A stretch of 64,000 nucleotides of DNA. Origin: Planctomycetaceae bacterium (GTDB lineage: Bacteria; Planctomycetota; UBA1135; GCA-002686595). Numbering within the stretch: the stretch's first letter is position 1; each line of letters begins with the position of its first letter. A program made the translations under genes and the position numbers. Under the pieces are notes generated by a model. The model worked only from the letters and a program-made list of their open reading frames with translations, did not search any database and was not told the origin of the DNA. Positions 45,058 to 54,335 of this stretch are shown piece after piece. The stretch spans positions 112,700 through 176,699 of the forward strand of contig WGMC01000028.1 in assembly GCA_016125265.1 (NCBI GenBank). The letters run 5' to 3'.

Positions 45058-45513
45058 ATGACACTCTCCCAGCCGACCCGCCGCCTCGCGCTCACCGTCG
45101 CCGCCGTGGCGCTCGCCCTTTTGCCCGGTTGTGCCATCGCGCGCATGAGTGTCAACGACCCGCTCGACGCGGCCGCCGTGCGCCAGTTGCAACCCGGCGT
45201 CAGCACCGCTGCGGACGTGGTGCAAGTGCTCGGCGCTCCGACGGACGTGGTTGCGCTGGGTCGACGCAGCGCGTACCGCTACGACGCCGAGAAGACCAAA
45301 ATCGCCGGCCTCGTGCTGATCCTCTTCAACATGGCCCACCGCGATACCCGATCCGACCGCGTCTGGGTGTTCTTCGACGAGGAGCTGCGCCTGACGCACA
45401 TCGCCAGCACCTTTGCCACGCACCGCACCCGATACGCCCTTCCGTGGAGCGATGTGCACGGGGAAGGGGACGCGGCCAAGGCGGACGCCAAACGCAAGGG
45501 TATGCAGCCGTGA
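45058..45513 (+). CDS. BamE/SmpA-OmlA-like lipoprotein (paralog 1).
   Basis: Lipobox (LALLPGCA) and the SmpA_OmlA-type motif (LQPGVSTAADVVQVLGAPTDV). Confidence 0.55.
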   Translation: MTLSQPTRRLALTVAAVALALLPGCAIARMSVNDPLDAAAVRQLQPGVSTAADVVQVLGAPTDVVALGRRSAYRYDAEKTKIAGLVLILFNMAHRDTRSDRVWVFFDEELRLTHIASTFATHRTRYALPWSDVHGEGDAAKADAKRKGMQP

Positions 45514-45935
45514 GGTCGCGGCGCTGGCTTGCGCTGCTCCCCGTGGTCCTGGGGCTCGGCAGTTGTGTGCAACTGGACTGGACGCGCGAGAGTTACGAAG
45601 AGCCGATGCCAAAGGATGCCGTCCAGCGCATTCCCATCGGCGCAGACGCGTCGGTCGTCTTCGACGTGCTCGGTGCACCGTCGGGTGTGTGGGAGCTGGC
45701 GGAGGGAGCCGTCGTGCTCGCGTACGCCAACCGCGGCGGTGTCGAGTTCGGCATCTCCGGCAGTCTGTCGCTGGACGATTCGCCGGTGGCGCCGTCGATG
45801 GCGTGGGGTGACGAGAAGATCCGCATCCCGGGTCTCGTGGTGGAGCTCGACTCCGGGTTCCGCGTGCGTGACGTGCGTCGCGGCACCGCGCGGGACGCCT
45901 CACCGCCGAGGCGGCGGCCCGTGCCCGTCGAGTGA
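45510..45935 (+). CDS. BamE/SmpA-OmlA-like lipoprotein (paralog 2).
   Basis: GTG start overlapping the upstream stop (GTGA). Lipobox (VLGLGSC). The motif IPIGADASVVFDVLGAPSGV parallels paralog 1. Confidence 0.5.
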   Translation: MRSRRWLALLPVVLGLGSCVQLDWTRESYEEPMPKDAVQRIPIGADASVVFDVLGAPSGVWELAEGAVVLAYANRGGVEFGISGSLSLDDSPVAPSMAWGDEKIRIPGLVVELDSGFRVRDVRRGTARDASPPRRRPVPVE

Positions 45936-45995
45936 GGTCCTTCGCCCGCGGCGGGTGCGCGCGTTGGGACGCTCCTTGCTGGTAGGCTCGTACGC

Positions 45996-46559
45996 ATGCC
46001 GCACTTCGTCGCACCGGGAACGCTGCTGCTCGCCTGGCCGGGCATGAGCGACGCCAACTTCGCGCGCGCCGTGGTGTTGATCTGCCAACACGACCACCGC
46101 GGGGCGTACGGTCTGGTGTTGAACCGGCGCGAACGCCGCCGGGTGAAGGACCTCGTCGAGCCCGGCCACGTGCTGTCCGGTGTGCCCCAACCGGTGCACA
46201 TCGGCGGCCCCGTCGACCTCGGACGGGTGCAGTTCGTGCACGCGCTTCCGGCATCGGTGCCGGACGGCGTGGCCGTCGGTCAGGACTTGGTCCTCGGGGG
46301 GGATGTCGAGCGCCTGGTCGCGCTCGTGACCGCAGCTCCGGAGCCACTAGAACTGCCCGTGCGCTTCTTCCTCGGGTACTCCGGATGGGGCGCGGGGCAG
46401 TTGGAGGCGGAACTGGCCGGTGGCTCGTGGTACCCACTGGCGGGCGGCGCGCGCCGTGTGTTCGACAGCAACGATCCGGCGGCCTGGGACCGCTGGATCC
46501 AGGAACACCGATCCCGTTTGGCCCTTGGGCGTTGGAGCGCAGCACCCTGTGAGAACTGA
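45996..46559 (+). CDS. yqgE: YqgE/AlgH family protein (UPF0301).
   Basis: The family signature is present (LLLAWPGMSDANFARAVVLICQHDHRGAYGLVLNRR; YSGWGAGQLEAEL). Confidence 0.85.
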   Translation: MPHFVAPGTLLLAWPGMSDANFARAVVLICQHDHRGAYGLVLNRRERRRVKDLVEPGHVLSGVPQPVHIGGPVDLGRVQFVHALPASVPDGVAVGQDLVLGGDVERLVALVTAAPEPLELPVRFFLGYSGWGAGQLEAELAGGSWYPLAGGARRVFDSNDPAAWDRWIQEHRSRLALGRWSAAPCEN

Positions 46560-48963
46560 CCGCACGGACGAACGAACAGCAGCGCAGGCGCAAGTCGCAC
46601 GACCGAAGCGCCGCCGCTTCGTGCGCTTCGGCGTGTTGTTGCTCGTGCTCCTTGTCACCGTCGTGTTGCTGGTCGTGCTGCTGCCGATGCTGGCCTCGCG
46701 TTTCGCCGCGGGCCCCATCTCCAGTGCCTTTGCTTCGCGTCACGCGGGCACGCTGGAGGTCGAGGGCACCTCCTTCGCTTGGAACTCGCCGCAGGGCGTG
46801 TCGCGTGTGGAGTTGCGCGATCCCGACGGCGGTTTGGTGCTGCGGGGCTCGCTCGAGTTGCCGTCGCTGCTCGACCTCTTGGGAGCACTCCGCGGGACGG
46901 ACGGGGCGCCGCTCCAGGTCGCGCTCGACATGGAGGAACTGCGGCTCGAGACGGACGCGGAAGGGCGCTCCAACCTGACGCGCGCGTTGGAGCGTGTCGA
47001 TGGGGGCGCGGAGTTGGCGCCCGACCGCGAGCGCGAACCGGCGGACGATGTGCCAAAAGCGCGGGCGCTTCCGGGCCTGGACCTCGCGGTGCGTGTGCAG
47101 CGTGTGCACTTTGCGGACCGCCGCGAGGGCGCGCCGCTGGCCGCGGCGGAACTGAGCGACGTAACGCTGCGTGTCGAGCACAGCGCACGCGAGGGACTCG
47201 ACGTGGGTGCGTTGGCGGTCGAGTTGGGCGCACGGATGCGGGCGCCGGCCACGGGGCGGCTGCGCGGAGAGTTCGCGGCGCCGCTCGCCGACGTCGGGGC
47301 CACCCGACCGGCGCCGCGGCTCGAACTCGCGCTCACGGAGGTCGATGTGGTGGCGCTCGACGCCGCCCTGGCCCCGGAGTTCGCCGGAAAGCTCGTGGCG
47401 CGATTCGGCGCGACCGTGGAGATCGATGTGGGCCTCACCTGGCGCGGCGCGGCAGGTTGGGACGAGAACCTCGCGGGCCTCGCCGACTTGCCGCCGCTCG
47501 AGCAGGACCTCGAGCTCGACCTGTCGCTGCGCTCGCCCCGAACGCAGGGCGCCGGCACGTTGGAGCTGCGCGGGGGGCGGTTGCGCGGGCTCGCGCCCCT
47601 CGAGCTGACGGGCGCCCTGGACTCGGACGGCCTCGCGTCGCTCCTGCCCGCGGACGTCGCGGCTGGCCCGCTGGCGGGCTTGGGTGCAACCGACGGTGGC
47701 CGGTTCGAACTGCGCGTGACCGAGTTGGACGTGGACTTGGCGGGCCTGCCTGAGCAGGCGACGCGCACCCAGACGGCCGCCACGGCCAGCTTGGGCGCGA
47801 CGTTTGGCGCCAGCGGCCTCACCTTCGCGGCGCCGGGTGCCACTCCCGACGCGCCGCGCGGGGCGCCCACGGCCGTGGAGGAGCTGCGCGTCGAACTCGC
47901 CGCCGCACCCGGGGAGGCCACGCGGCTGGTCGGCACGGCCCGCGTTGCCGCCCCGGCCTCGACTCCGGCCGGCCTGGCCGCGGGGTTGGCCCGCGTGGAG
48001 CTCTCCGGTCCCACCGCGGACGCCCTCGCCCAGGGGCTCCTGGCCGATCCCCCGACCGTCGGGCTCTTGGAACTCGCCGGCGAGGTCCAGGGGCTCTCGA
48101 CCCCTTGGCTCGACGGGCTCCTCTCCGCCGACGGCCTCATCGTGGACCTGCTCGGCTCGCCGATCGACGCGACCCTGCGCGGCAGCGACCTGGACCTTTT
48201 GGGCGAGGAGCGCAGCGGCAACGTCGAGCTCCTTCTGTCCAGTGAACTGGCCCGGCTGGAGACGGCCCTCGCGCTCCAGGGCGATACCCTCGCGCCGCGC
48301 GGCGACGCGCCGCTCGACCTGCGGTTTGCCCTGACGCCGCTGTCGTCGCCGCGGGTCGTGGGCAGCCTGGTCCCACTCGTGGCGACCGTCGTCGCCACGG
48401 AGCCCAACCAGCGCGCCAGTTTGGTGCTGCGCGACTTCCGCCTGCCCCTGGACGGCGACATCGCCAAGCTGTCGGGCGAGGTCGTACTCGACGCGGGGCA
48501 GGTGGTGCCGTCGCTCTTCCCGGCCGCGGCGCAGCTCCTCGGGTCCCTGCTGCCCACGCCCTCGGCCACCCGGCTCGGGCCGTACACGCTGCAACTCGCG
48601 GACGGGCGCGCCAGCTACGACAACCTGGAGGTGCGCATCGACGGGCGACCGTTTGCGTTCTCAGGGTGGGTGGATCTCGTCGGGGGCGGCATCGACCTCG
48701 GCACGGCACTGCCCCTTGCGTCGCTCGGCGGCGAGGTGGGGAGTTGGGTGAAGAGCGCGGGTTCGCTCCTCGATCCGAAGTTGACGGTACCCGTGCGCCT
48801 CGTCGGTTCGTGGACGAAGCCGCGTCTGCAACTGGCTGCCGAGACCGAGCGTGTGCTCGAGGACGCCGCGCGCAAGGCGGCGGAGGGTGCGCTGAAGAAG
48901 GAACTCGAGAAGGGCCTGGAGAAAGGCCTCGGCGACCTCTTCAAGAAGATCAAGGGCGACTAG
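46548..48963 (+). CDS. AsmA-like / large membrane-anchored periplasmic protein. The start is uncertain (GTG overlapping the yqgE stop).
   Basis: An N-terminal TM anchor (FGVLLLVLLVTVVLLVVLLPMLA) is followed by a long Ala/Leu/Gly-rich beta-type region. A C-terminal Lys/Glu-rich helix (KKELEKGLEKGLGDLFKKIKGD) is typical of the AsmA/TamB-like family. Confidence 0.5.
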
Positions 48964-48973
48964 AGCTCACCCG

Positions 48974-49300
48974 TCAGCCCATGGCGGCCGTCGGACGACC
49001 CAGCTTCGCTTCGATCGTCGCGCGCACGTTCGCGTACAGGTCGTGGCCGTCGCGATCGTCGACCCACGTGCCCTTCGTGTCGTTCCAGTCGTAGTGCCAC
49101 GCGCGCGCGCCGGCCGCGTACCAGACCTGGTTCGAGCCCGCCTGGCGGTTGAGCACGAAACTCTGCCCGTCGGGGAACTCGATGCGCACCACACCGTCGC
49201 TGGTGCGGAAGTCCACTTCGTCGGGGTCGAACGTTTCGAGCCACGTGGCCACGCGTTCGAGGCAACGATCGACCCGCTCCAGATACACCTGTCGTTCCAT
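48974..49300 (-). CDS. cyaY: Frataxin homolog CyaY (iron-sulfur cluster assembly).
   Basis: 108 aa with the frataxin pattern (FDPDEVDFRTSDGVVRIEFPDGQSFVLNRQAGSNQVWYAAGARAWHYDW). Confidence 0.85.
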   Translation of the reverse strand: MERQVYLERVDRCLERVATWLETFDPDEVDFRTSDGVVRIEFPDGQSFVLNRQAGSNQVWYAAGARAWHYDWNDTKGTWVDDRDGHDLYANVRATIEAKLGRPTAAMG

Positions 49301-49521
49301 GGCGGCGAAGAGGGTACTCCCTCGCCGCCGCGTCCGGTCCCCCCGCCCGCCGGACCTCGGCGGCGCGCATCGGGCCCCTTCGGGGCAGCGCCCAGGCCCC
49401 GGTCCTCCCCCCCGATGGGGCGCGGGAACTGTCCAAGAGTTGGGACGATCCGGCCCGCGCAGGGGCTGGGGGCCGCCTCCGGCCGGGGGGTGCCTTGACC
49501 CCTGGCGGGAGCGGGCGCGTC

Positions 49522-51300
49522 ATGGGGGGAATGGAACTCGGGGTGCCTCAGGATCCGCGGCCGCGCGGGCGGCCGCTCAGCGTGCTCGTGCTCGCGGAAA
49601 ACGAGGATGAGGGCCGCACCATCGCGGCCCGACTGCAACGCGGTGGACATCCGCGCTACCTCGCCGAGCGTCGCGGTTTGGGAGAAATCGCAAGCCTCGT
49701 TCCCAACGGCACTTACGACGCGGTGTTGCTGTCGGTCGAAGATCCCGGGCCCGCGCTCGCCGCACTGCGCCTCGTGCGCCACACACTCGGACGGACGCCG
49801 GTGCTCGTGATCGCCGAGGGACTCGAGGCCGCGCAGGCGGAACTCTTGCGCGAGGAAGGGGCCCAGGAGTTGCTCGAGCGCACGGAGATTCAAGAGCCCC
49901 GCGTGCCGCTGCTCGAGCGCACCATCGACTGGGCCGTGGAGCGCGCGGAACTCGGCGGTGAACTCGAGCGCGCGCGCCAAGTGGGCATGCACCTTGCTCA
50001 CCACGACACACTCACCGACCTGCCGAACCGCCAGTTCTTCCGCAGCCGGTTGCGGCAGCTCCTCGCGCAGGCCCGGCGCCACAAGCGCCTCCTCGCCGTG
50101 CTGTTCTTGGACCTCGATCGATTCAAGCAGATCAACGACACCCTGGGCCACACGGTGGGGGATCGTTTGCTCGTCGAAGTGGCGCGGCGCCTCTCGGGCT
50201 GCATCCGCGAGACGGACTTGGCTGCGCGACGCGGCGGCGACGAGTTCACGGTGATCCTCGACGGCATCCGCCGCGGACAGGACGCGGCGCGTGTGGCCCG
50301 CAAGATCCTGCTGGCTCTGCAGCGACCCTTCCACGTGGACCAGCACGAGCTGTTCATGGGGGTCAGCATCGGCATCAGCCTGTTCCCCGCGGACGGGCAG
50401 GATGTGGAGACCCTGGTCAAACACGCGGACATCGCGATGTACCGCGCGAAGGCGCAGGGCGGAGCCACGTACCGCTTCTTCCTGCCGGACATGAACGACA
50501 AGGCGCTCGAGCGCCTGGCCCTCGAACAGAGCCTGCGCCTCGCGATCGAACGCGAGGAGTTCGTGCTGCACTACCAGCCGCGTGTCGACCTGAAGAGCGG
50601 CCGTGTGATCGGCATGGAGGCCCTGGTGCGCTGGCAGCACCCGGATCTGGGCCTGATCTACCCGGACGAGTTCATCCCCGTGGCCGAGGAAACCGGCCTG
50701 ATCGAGGGCCTGGGCCGCTGGGTGTTGCAGACCGCCTGCGCCCAGAACCGCCGCTGGCAGGACGAGGGCTTGCCGCGCATCACCGTCGCGGTGAACTTCT
50801 CCGCGCGCCAGTTCCAGCACAAACACCCGGTCGATCTGGTGCGCCGGGCCCTCGACAAGAGCGGCCTCGCGCCAGATTGCCTCGAGATCGAACTGACCGA
50901 GAGCGCGGTCATGCAGGACGCGGCCGTGGCCCTCGAAACCCTGTCGGAGCTGCGCGAGATCGGCGTCGCCGTTGCGATCGACGACTTCGGCATGGGACAG
51001 TCGTCCTTGTCGTACCTGAAGCGCTTCCCGATCACGACCCTGAAGATCGACAAGACCTTCGTGCGCACGCTCTTGGTGGACCCCAAGGACGCCGCGATCA
51101 CGGAAGCGATCATCGCGATGGCCCACTCGCTGCGCCTGCGCGCCTGCGCGGAGGGCGTGGAGACGCCGCAGCAGCTCGAGTTCCTGCGGCAGCAGGGCTG
51201 CGACGAGGTCCAAGGTTACGTCTTCAGCCCGCCGCTGCCGGTGGATCGCGCGACGGAACTACTCGCGGGCGCGCGGCCGCAGATCACCGTGCGCGCTTAA
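49522..51300 (+). CDS. Response-regulator receiver + GGDEF + EAL domain protein (c-di-GMP turnover).
   Basis: A REC-like N-terminus (LSVLVLAENEDEG...YDAVLLSV), GGDEF (RRGGDEFTVIL), and EAL (EALVRWQHP, the ELTES block and the DDFGMGQSSL block). The start ATG is 49522 or 49531. Confidence 0.85.
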   Translation: MGGMELGVPQDPRPRGRPLSVLVLAENEDEGRTIAARLQRGGHPRYLAERRGLGEIASLVPNGTYDAVLLSVEDPGPALAALRLVRHTLGRTPVLVIAEGLEAAQAELLREEGAQELLERTEIQEPRVPLLERTIDWAVERAELGGELERARQVGMHLAHHDTLTDLPNRQFFRSRLRQLLAQARRHKRLLAVLFLDLDRFKQINDTLGHTVGDRLLVEVARRLSGCIRETDLAARRGGDEFTVILDGIRRGQDAARVARKILLALQRPFHVDQHELFMGVSIGISLFPADGQDVETLVKHADIAMYRAKAQGGATYRFFLPDMNDKALERLALEQSLRLAIEREEFVLHYQPRVDLKSGRVIGMEALVRWQHPDLGLIYPDEFIPVAEETGLIEGLGRWVLQTACAQNRRWQDEGLPRITVAVNFSARQFQHKHPVDLVRRALDKSGLAPDCLEIELTESAVMQDAAVALETLSELREIGVAVAIDDFGMGQSSLSYLKRFPITTLKIDKTFVRTLLVDPKDAAITEAIIAMAHSLRLRACAEGVETPQQLEFLRQQGCDEVQGYVFSPPLPVDRATELLAGARPQITVRA

Positions 51301-51424
51301 GGGCGCCGCACGCACAGTTTCCGTACGCGCGGAAGGGCGCCGCACGCATCGTTCCCGCGCGCGCTCGAGTGCGCCGCACCCGAGCGCATGGGCGCCCAGA
51401 TGCGGCTCGAAGCCCGGAGTCGGC

Positions 51425-54145
51425 TCAGGGGCGCGAACGCGCCGCGCTCGTGCGCGCGCCTGAGCCGGCGGCGTCCACGTCGACCGGCGTGGCGGAGATC
51501 CCGGTCAGCGGGCTGTAGGTGAACGTCTGCACTTCGCCGGAGCCCGTGAGAGTGACGAAGAGCCGAGTGCCCGTGCCGTCGAAACTTGCGTGCACCGGCA
51601 CACCCGCGAGCGCGATGGTCTGCACCTGCGAGAGGGAGCCGTTCTCGACAAGGTTGAGGAAGTCGAGGTTGATGCGGTGCACACGCAGCTCCGGCGCGGA
51701 GATTCCCGAGCACACCACGACCACGGCCCGGCCAAAGGGATCCGCCGCGATGAACTCAGGGTCAGCGCCGGTCGCGATCGGGCCCGAGTCGATCGGCGAG
51801 GACGCGAGCAGTTCGAAGAGCTGACCGGTGACCGGGTCGATGCTGTAGGCGGAGATCGTGTCGGTACCGCGGTTCGGGGCGTAGAGGTAGCGGCCGGTCG
51901 CGTCCACGGTCACGCCGAACGGCGCCGTCTGGGTCGCTACCGGCGAGCCCGGGACGGGGGTGAGCGCGCCGGTCACCGGGTCCACCGCGAAACCGCTGAT
52001 GGAATCCGACAGCGTGTTCGCGACGTACACGAACGCGCCGTGCGGCGCGACTCCCACACCGAGGGGGAAGTCCGCGGTCAGAGCGTCGTCGGCGGCGGTC
52101 ATCGCGCCATCGGCGCCGATCGCGATCGAGTGGAGCCGCACATGGCCGCGCGCCGAACCAAACAGGAAACGCCCCGAAGGATCCATGTCGAGGCCAAAGA
52201 GCCCGGCGAACGGCACCGCGAGGTCCAGGGTGTCGATCTCGCTCGCCGTCCCGTCCTCCGCCAGCGCGAAGCGGCGCAGGTGTGCATTGCCGAACAGGTC
52301 CTGGGCCACGTAGAGCTGCTCGAGGCGCGGGTGCACCACGACCCAGTTCGGCGCGCCTGCGGAACCCACCGTGGCGGGCACCAACGCGTCGAGCGCCGGC
52401 ACGCCGCTGTCGAGGCTGTACTGGTTGAGATCGCCGACGGAGCGGTTGGCCGTGTAGACCGCGTCCGACGTGCGCGAGAAGAGTTCCGTCCCGTGTGTCA
52501 AGGCGAACCGGCCGGAGCCCGGCCGCGTGCGCATGCGGTTCGTGGGTGACGAGGCGGGAGCGACAGCGGTGAGCGAGCCGCCCGCCCCCACCCCGAAGCT
52601 GGCCCACTCGTTGACCGCAGCGAAGTGCGTGAAAGCAAACGACCCGTTCAGCGATACCGCGAAGCCGCTCGGCTCGCCTTCGGGTCCGCCGCTCGAAGCG
52701 TTGAACGCGCCACCGAGCGCACCGGTGCTGGGGTTGGGCGCAAACCGCCGCAGGTTCGCGTTGGAATCCTCCGAAAGCGCGTAGAGCGCGGGAGTGCCCG
52801 CAAAGTCCCGGCCCACGAGTTCGATCGGTGCCGAGTTCACGGGGAGCGCCACGGAGCTCTGCACGATCAGTGCGCTGCCCACCAGCGCGTACACGCCGAT
52901 CGCGTCGAGGTTGTCCTCGGCGGTGTAGACGAACGTGTCCGACGTGCCCTGAAGCACGGCCAGGTTCGCCGCGGGCGAGGTGATCGCGTTGCTCGTCTGC
53001 GCGCCGAGGTTCCCCGTCCCATCGAGCAGGAACACGTTGATGGTGCCGCTGGTCGCGTTGGCGACCAACAGGCGTCCGCCATCGGGGGAGAGAGCCAATC
53101 CCGTGGGGCCGGCTCCGGCCACCGGGAACGGACTTCCGGCGAGGGCGGTGAGCGAACCGTCGCCGCCGAGCTCGAACGCGGCCACGCTGTTGGCGCCGGC
53201 GAGCGACACGTACACCACACGCCGCGTCGTGTCGACGAGGAGGCGCGCAGGCGCGCTGCCCGCGGGCAGGGCTACCGTTTCGGCGGGGGTTTGATCGAGG
53301 CGGCCGTCGGCGCCGTCGATTTCCCAGCTCTCCAGGCTGGGCGGTGTGGAGCCCAGGACGAGCATGTGCCGGCGCGTCCAGCTCGCCGCCACGTCGACGG
53401 GCCCCGCCGCAACGAGGTCGTACCCGAGCGGCTGGAGTTGACCCGTCGTCGTCACGCCGTAGGTCGAGAGCGTGCCGTCCGCGGCCGCCACGTGCAGGAA
53501 TCGGGGAATCACGAGATCCGCCGTATCCACCGCGGAGATCGTGAGATCGAAGCTGGTCGAGCGGCCGAGGCAATCCTCGACGCTGATCGTGTGCACGGTC
53601 GGAGCGACGGTTGCCGACGCCGCGCCGGTGATGGCGCCCGTCGCAGGGTCGAGGGCGAGGCCCGCGGGCAGTGCCGGACTCGCGCTCCAAAGGCCGGGTA
53701 CACCCTCCGCGAGGACGGGCTCGAGGCTGACGTTCACATCGACGAGGGCCTCGAGTGCCTGGTCCCCGTAGCTCAACCCGGCGGGCGCGTCCGGTTCGAC
53801 GACGCCGATGACGATGTCCACATCCGCGCTGCCGCCGGGACCCGTCGCCGTCACCGTGTGGGTGGTGGCGGCGGCCAAGGCGCTGGGCGTGCCGCTGATC
53901 ACACCGGTGTCGACATCGAGCGCCAGGCCGGGCGGCAGCGCCGGATCCACGCTGTAGCTGTCGACCTGCCCCGTGACCGTCGGGGTGTTCGGCGCGATCT
54001 CGACGCACGCCTCGTAGGTCGGATTCGCGGCGCCGTAGGCGAGCCCACTCGGGGCCGCCGGCGAACCGCCGCCGCCCCCCCCGCCGCAGGCCTGGAGGAA
54101 AAGGGCGAGGAGCACGGGCAACAGGGCGTGGCAGATCGAGCGCAT
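51425..54145 (-). CDS. Lipoprotein with N-terminal Ig-like (dystroglycan/cadherin-like) repeats and lactonase-type 7-bladed beta-propeller repeats (paralog 1).
   Basis: Lipobox (LFLQACGGGGGG). There are three P..Y...xxxPALPPGLxLDxxTGVISGTP units. The propeller has repeated AxDGxLxxY / FLYVxN / SGFAVDPxTGALTP motifs typical of the 6-phosphogluconolactonase-like family. Confidence 0.7.
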   Translation of the reverse strand: MRSICHALLPVLLALFLQACGGGGGGGSPAAPSGLAYGAANPTYEACVEIAPNTPTVTGQVDSYSVDPALPPGLALDVDTGVISGTPSALAAATTHTVTATGPGGSADVDIVIGVVEPDAPAGLSYGDQALEALVDVNVSLEPVLAEGVPGLWSASPALPAGLALDPATGAITGAASATVAPTVHTISVEDCLGRSTSFDLTISAVDTADLVIPRFLHVAAADGTLSTYGVTTTGQLQPLGYDLVAAGPVDVAASWTRRHMLVLGSTPPSLESWEIDGADGRLDQTPAETVALPAGSAPARLLVDTTRRVVYVSLAGANSVAAFELGGDGSLTALAGSPFPVAGAGPTGLALSPDGGRLLVANATSGTINVFLLDGTGNLGAQTSNAITSPAANLAVLQGTSDTFVYTAEDNLDAIGVYALVGSALIVQSSVALPVNSAPIELVGRDFAGTPALYALSEDSNANLRRFAPNPSTGALGGAFNASSGGPEGEPSGFAVSLNGSFAFTHFAAVNEWASFGVGAGGSLTAVAPASSPTNRMRTRPGSGRFALTHGTELFSRTSDAVYTANRSVGDLNQYSLDSGVPALDALVPATVGSAGAPNWVVVHPRLEQLYVAQDLFGNAHLRRFALAEDGTASEIDTLDLAVPFAGLFGLDMDPSGRFLFGSARGHVRLHSIAIGADGAMTAADDALTADFPLGVGVAPHGAFVYVANTLSDSISGFAVDPVTGALTPVPGSPVATQTAPFGVTVDATGRYLYAPNRGTDTISAYSIDPVTGQLFELLASSPIDSGPIATGADPEFIAADPFGRAVVVVCSGISAPELRVHRINLDFLNLVENGSLSQVQTIALAGVPVHASFDGTGTRLFVTLTGSGEVQTFTYSPLTGISATPVDVDAAGSGARTSAARSRP

Positions 54146-54335
54146 GACGTGGGTACGGGAGATGGGCGAGCCAAAAAAAACAGCGGGCCCCCGTCCATGG
54201 GAGCCCCGGTCGCCCCGCCCGGACGACCTCGCTGGACCCATCCTTCCGACCGGCGGAGGCGAAGGTCAAGCAGACGGGCCCCCCGGGGGGGCCAAACGTC
54301 CCGTCTCACGACCCCATGGGGCCCTGAACAAGGCC

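Noticed and set aside
40907-48594. Long minus-strand ORFs (40907-43108 and 44956-48594) overlapping SGNH-2, trmL, and the BamE-like, yqgE and AsmA-like genes.
   Set aside because: They are antisense to multiple independent plus-strand genes with recognisable domains, and have junk composition.
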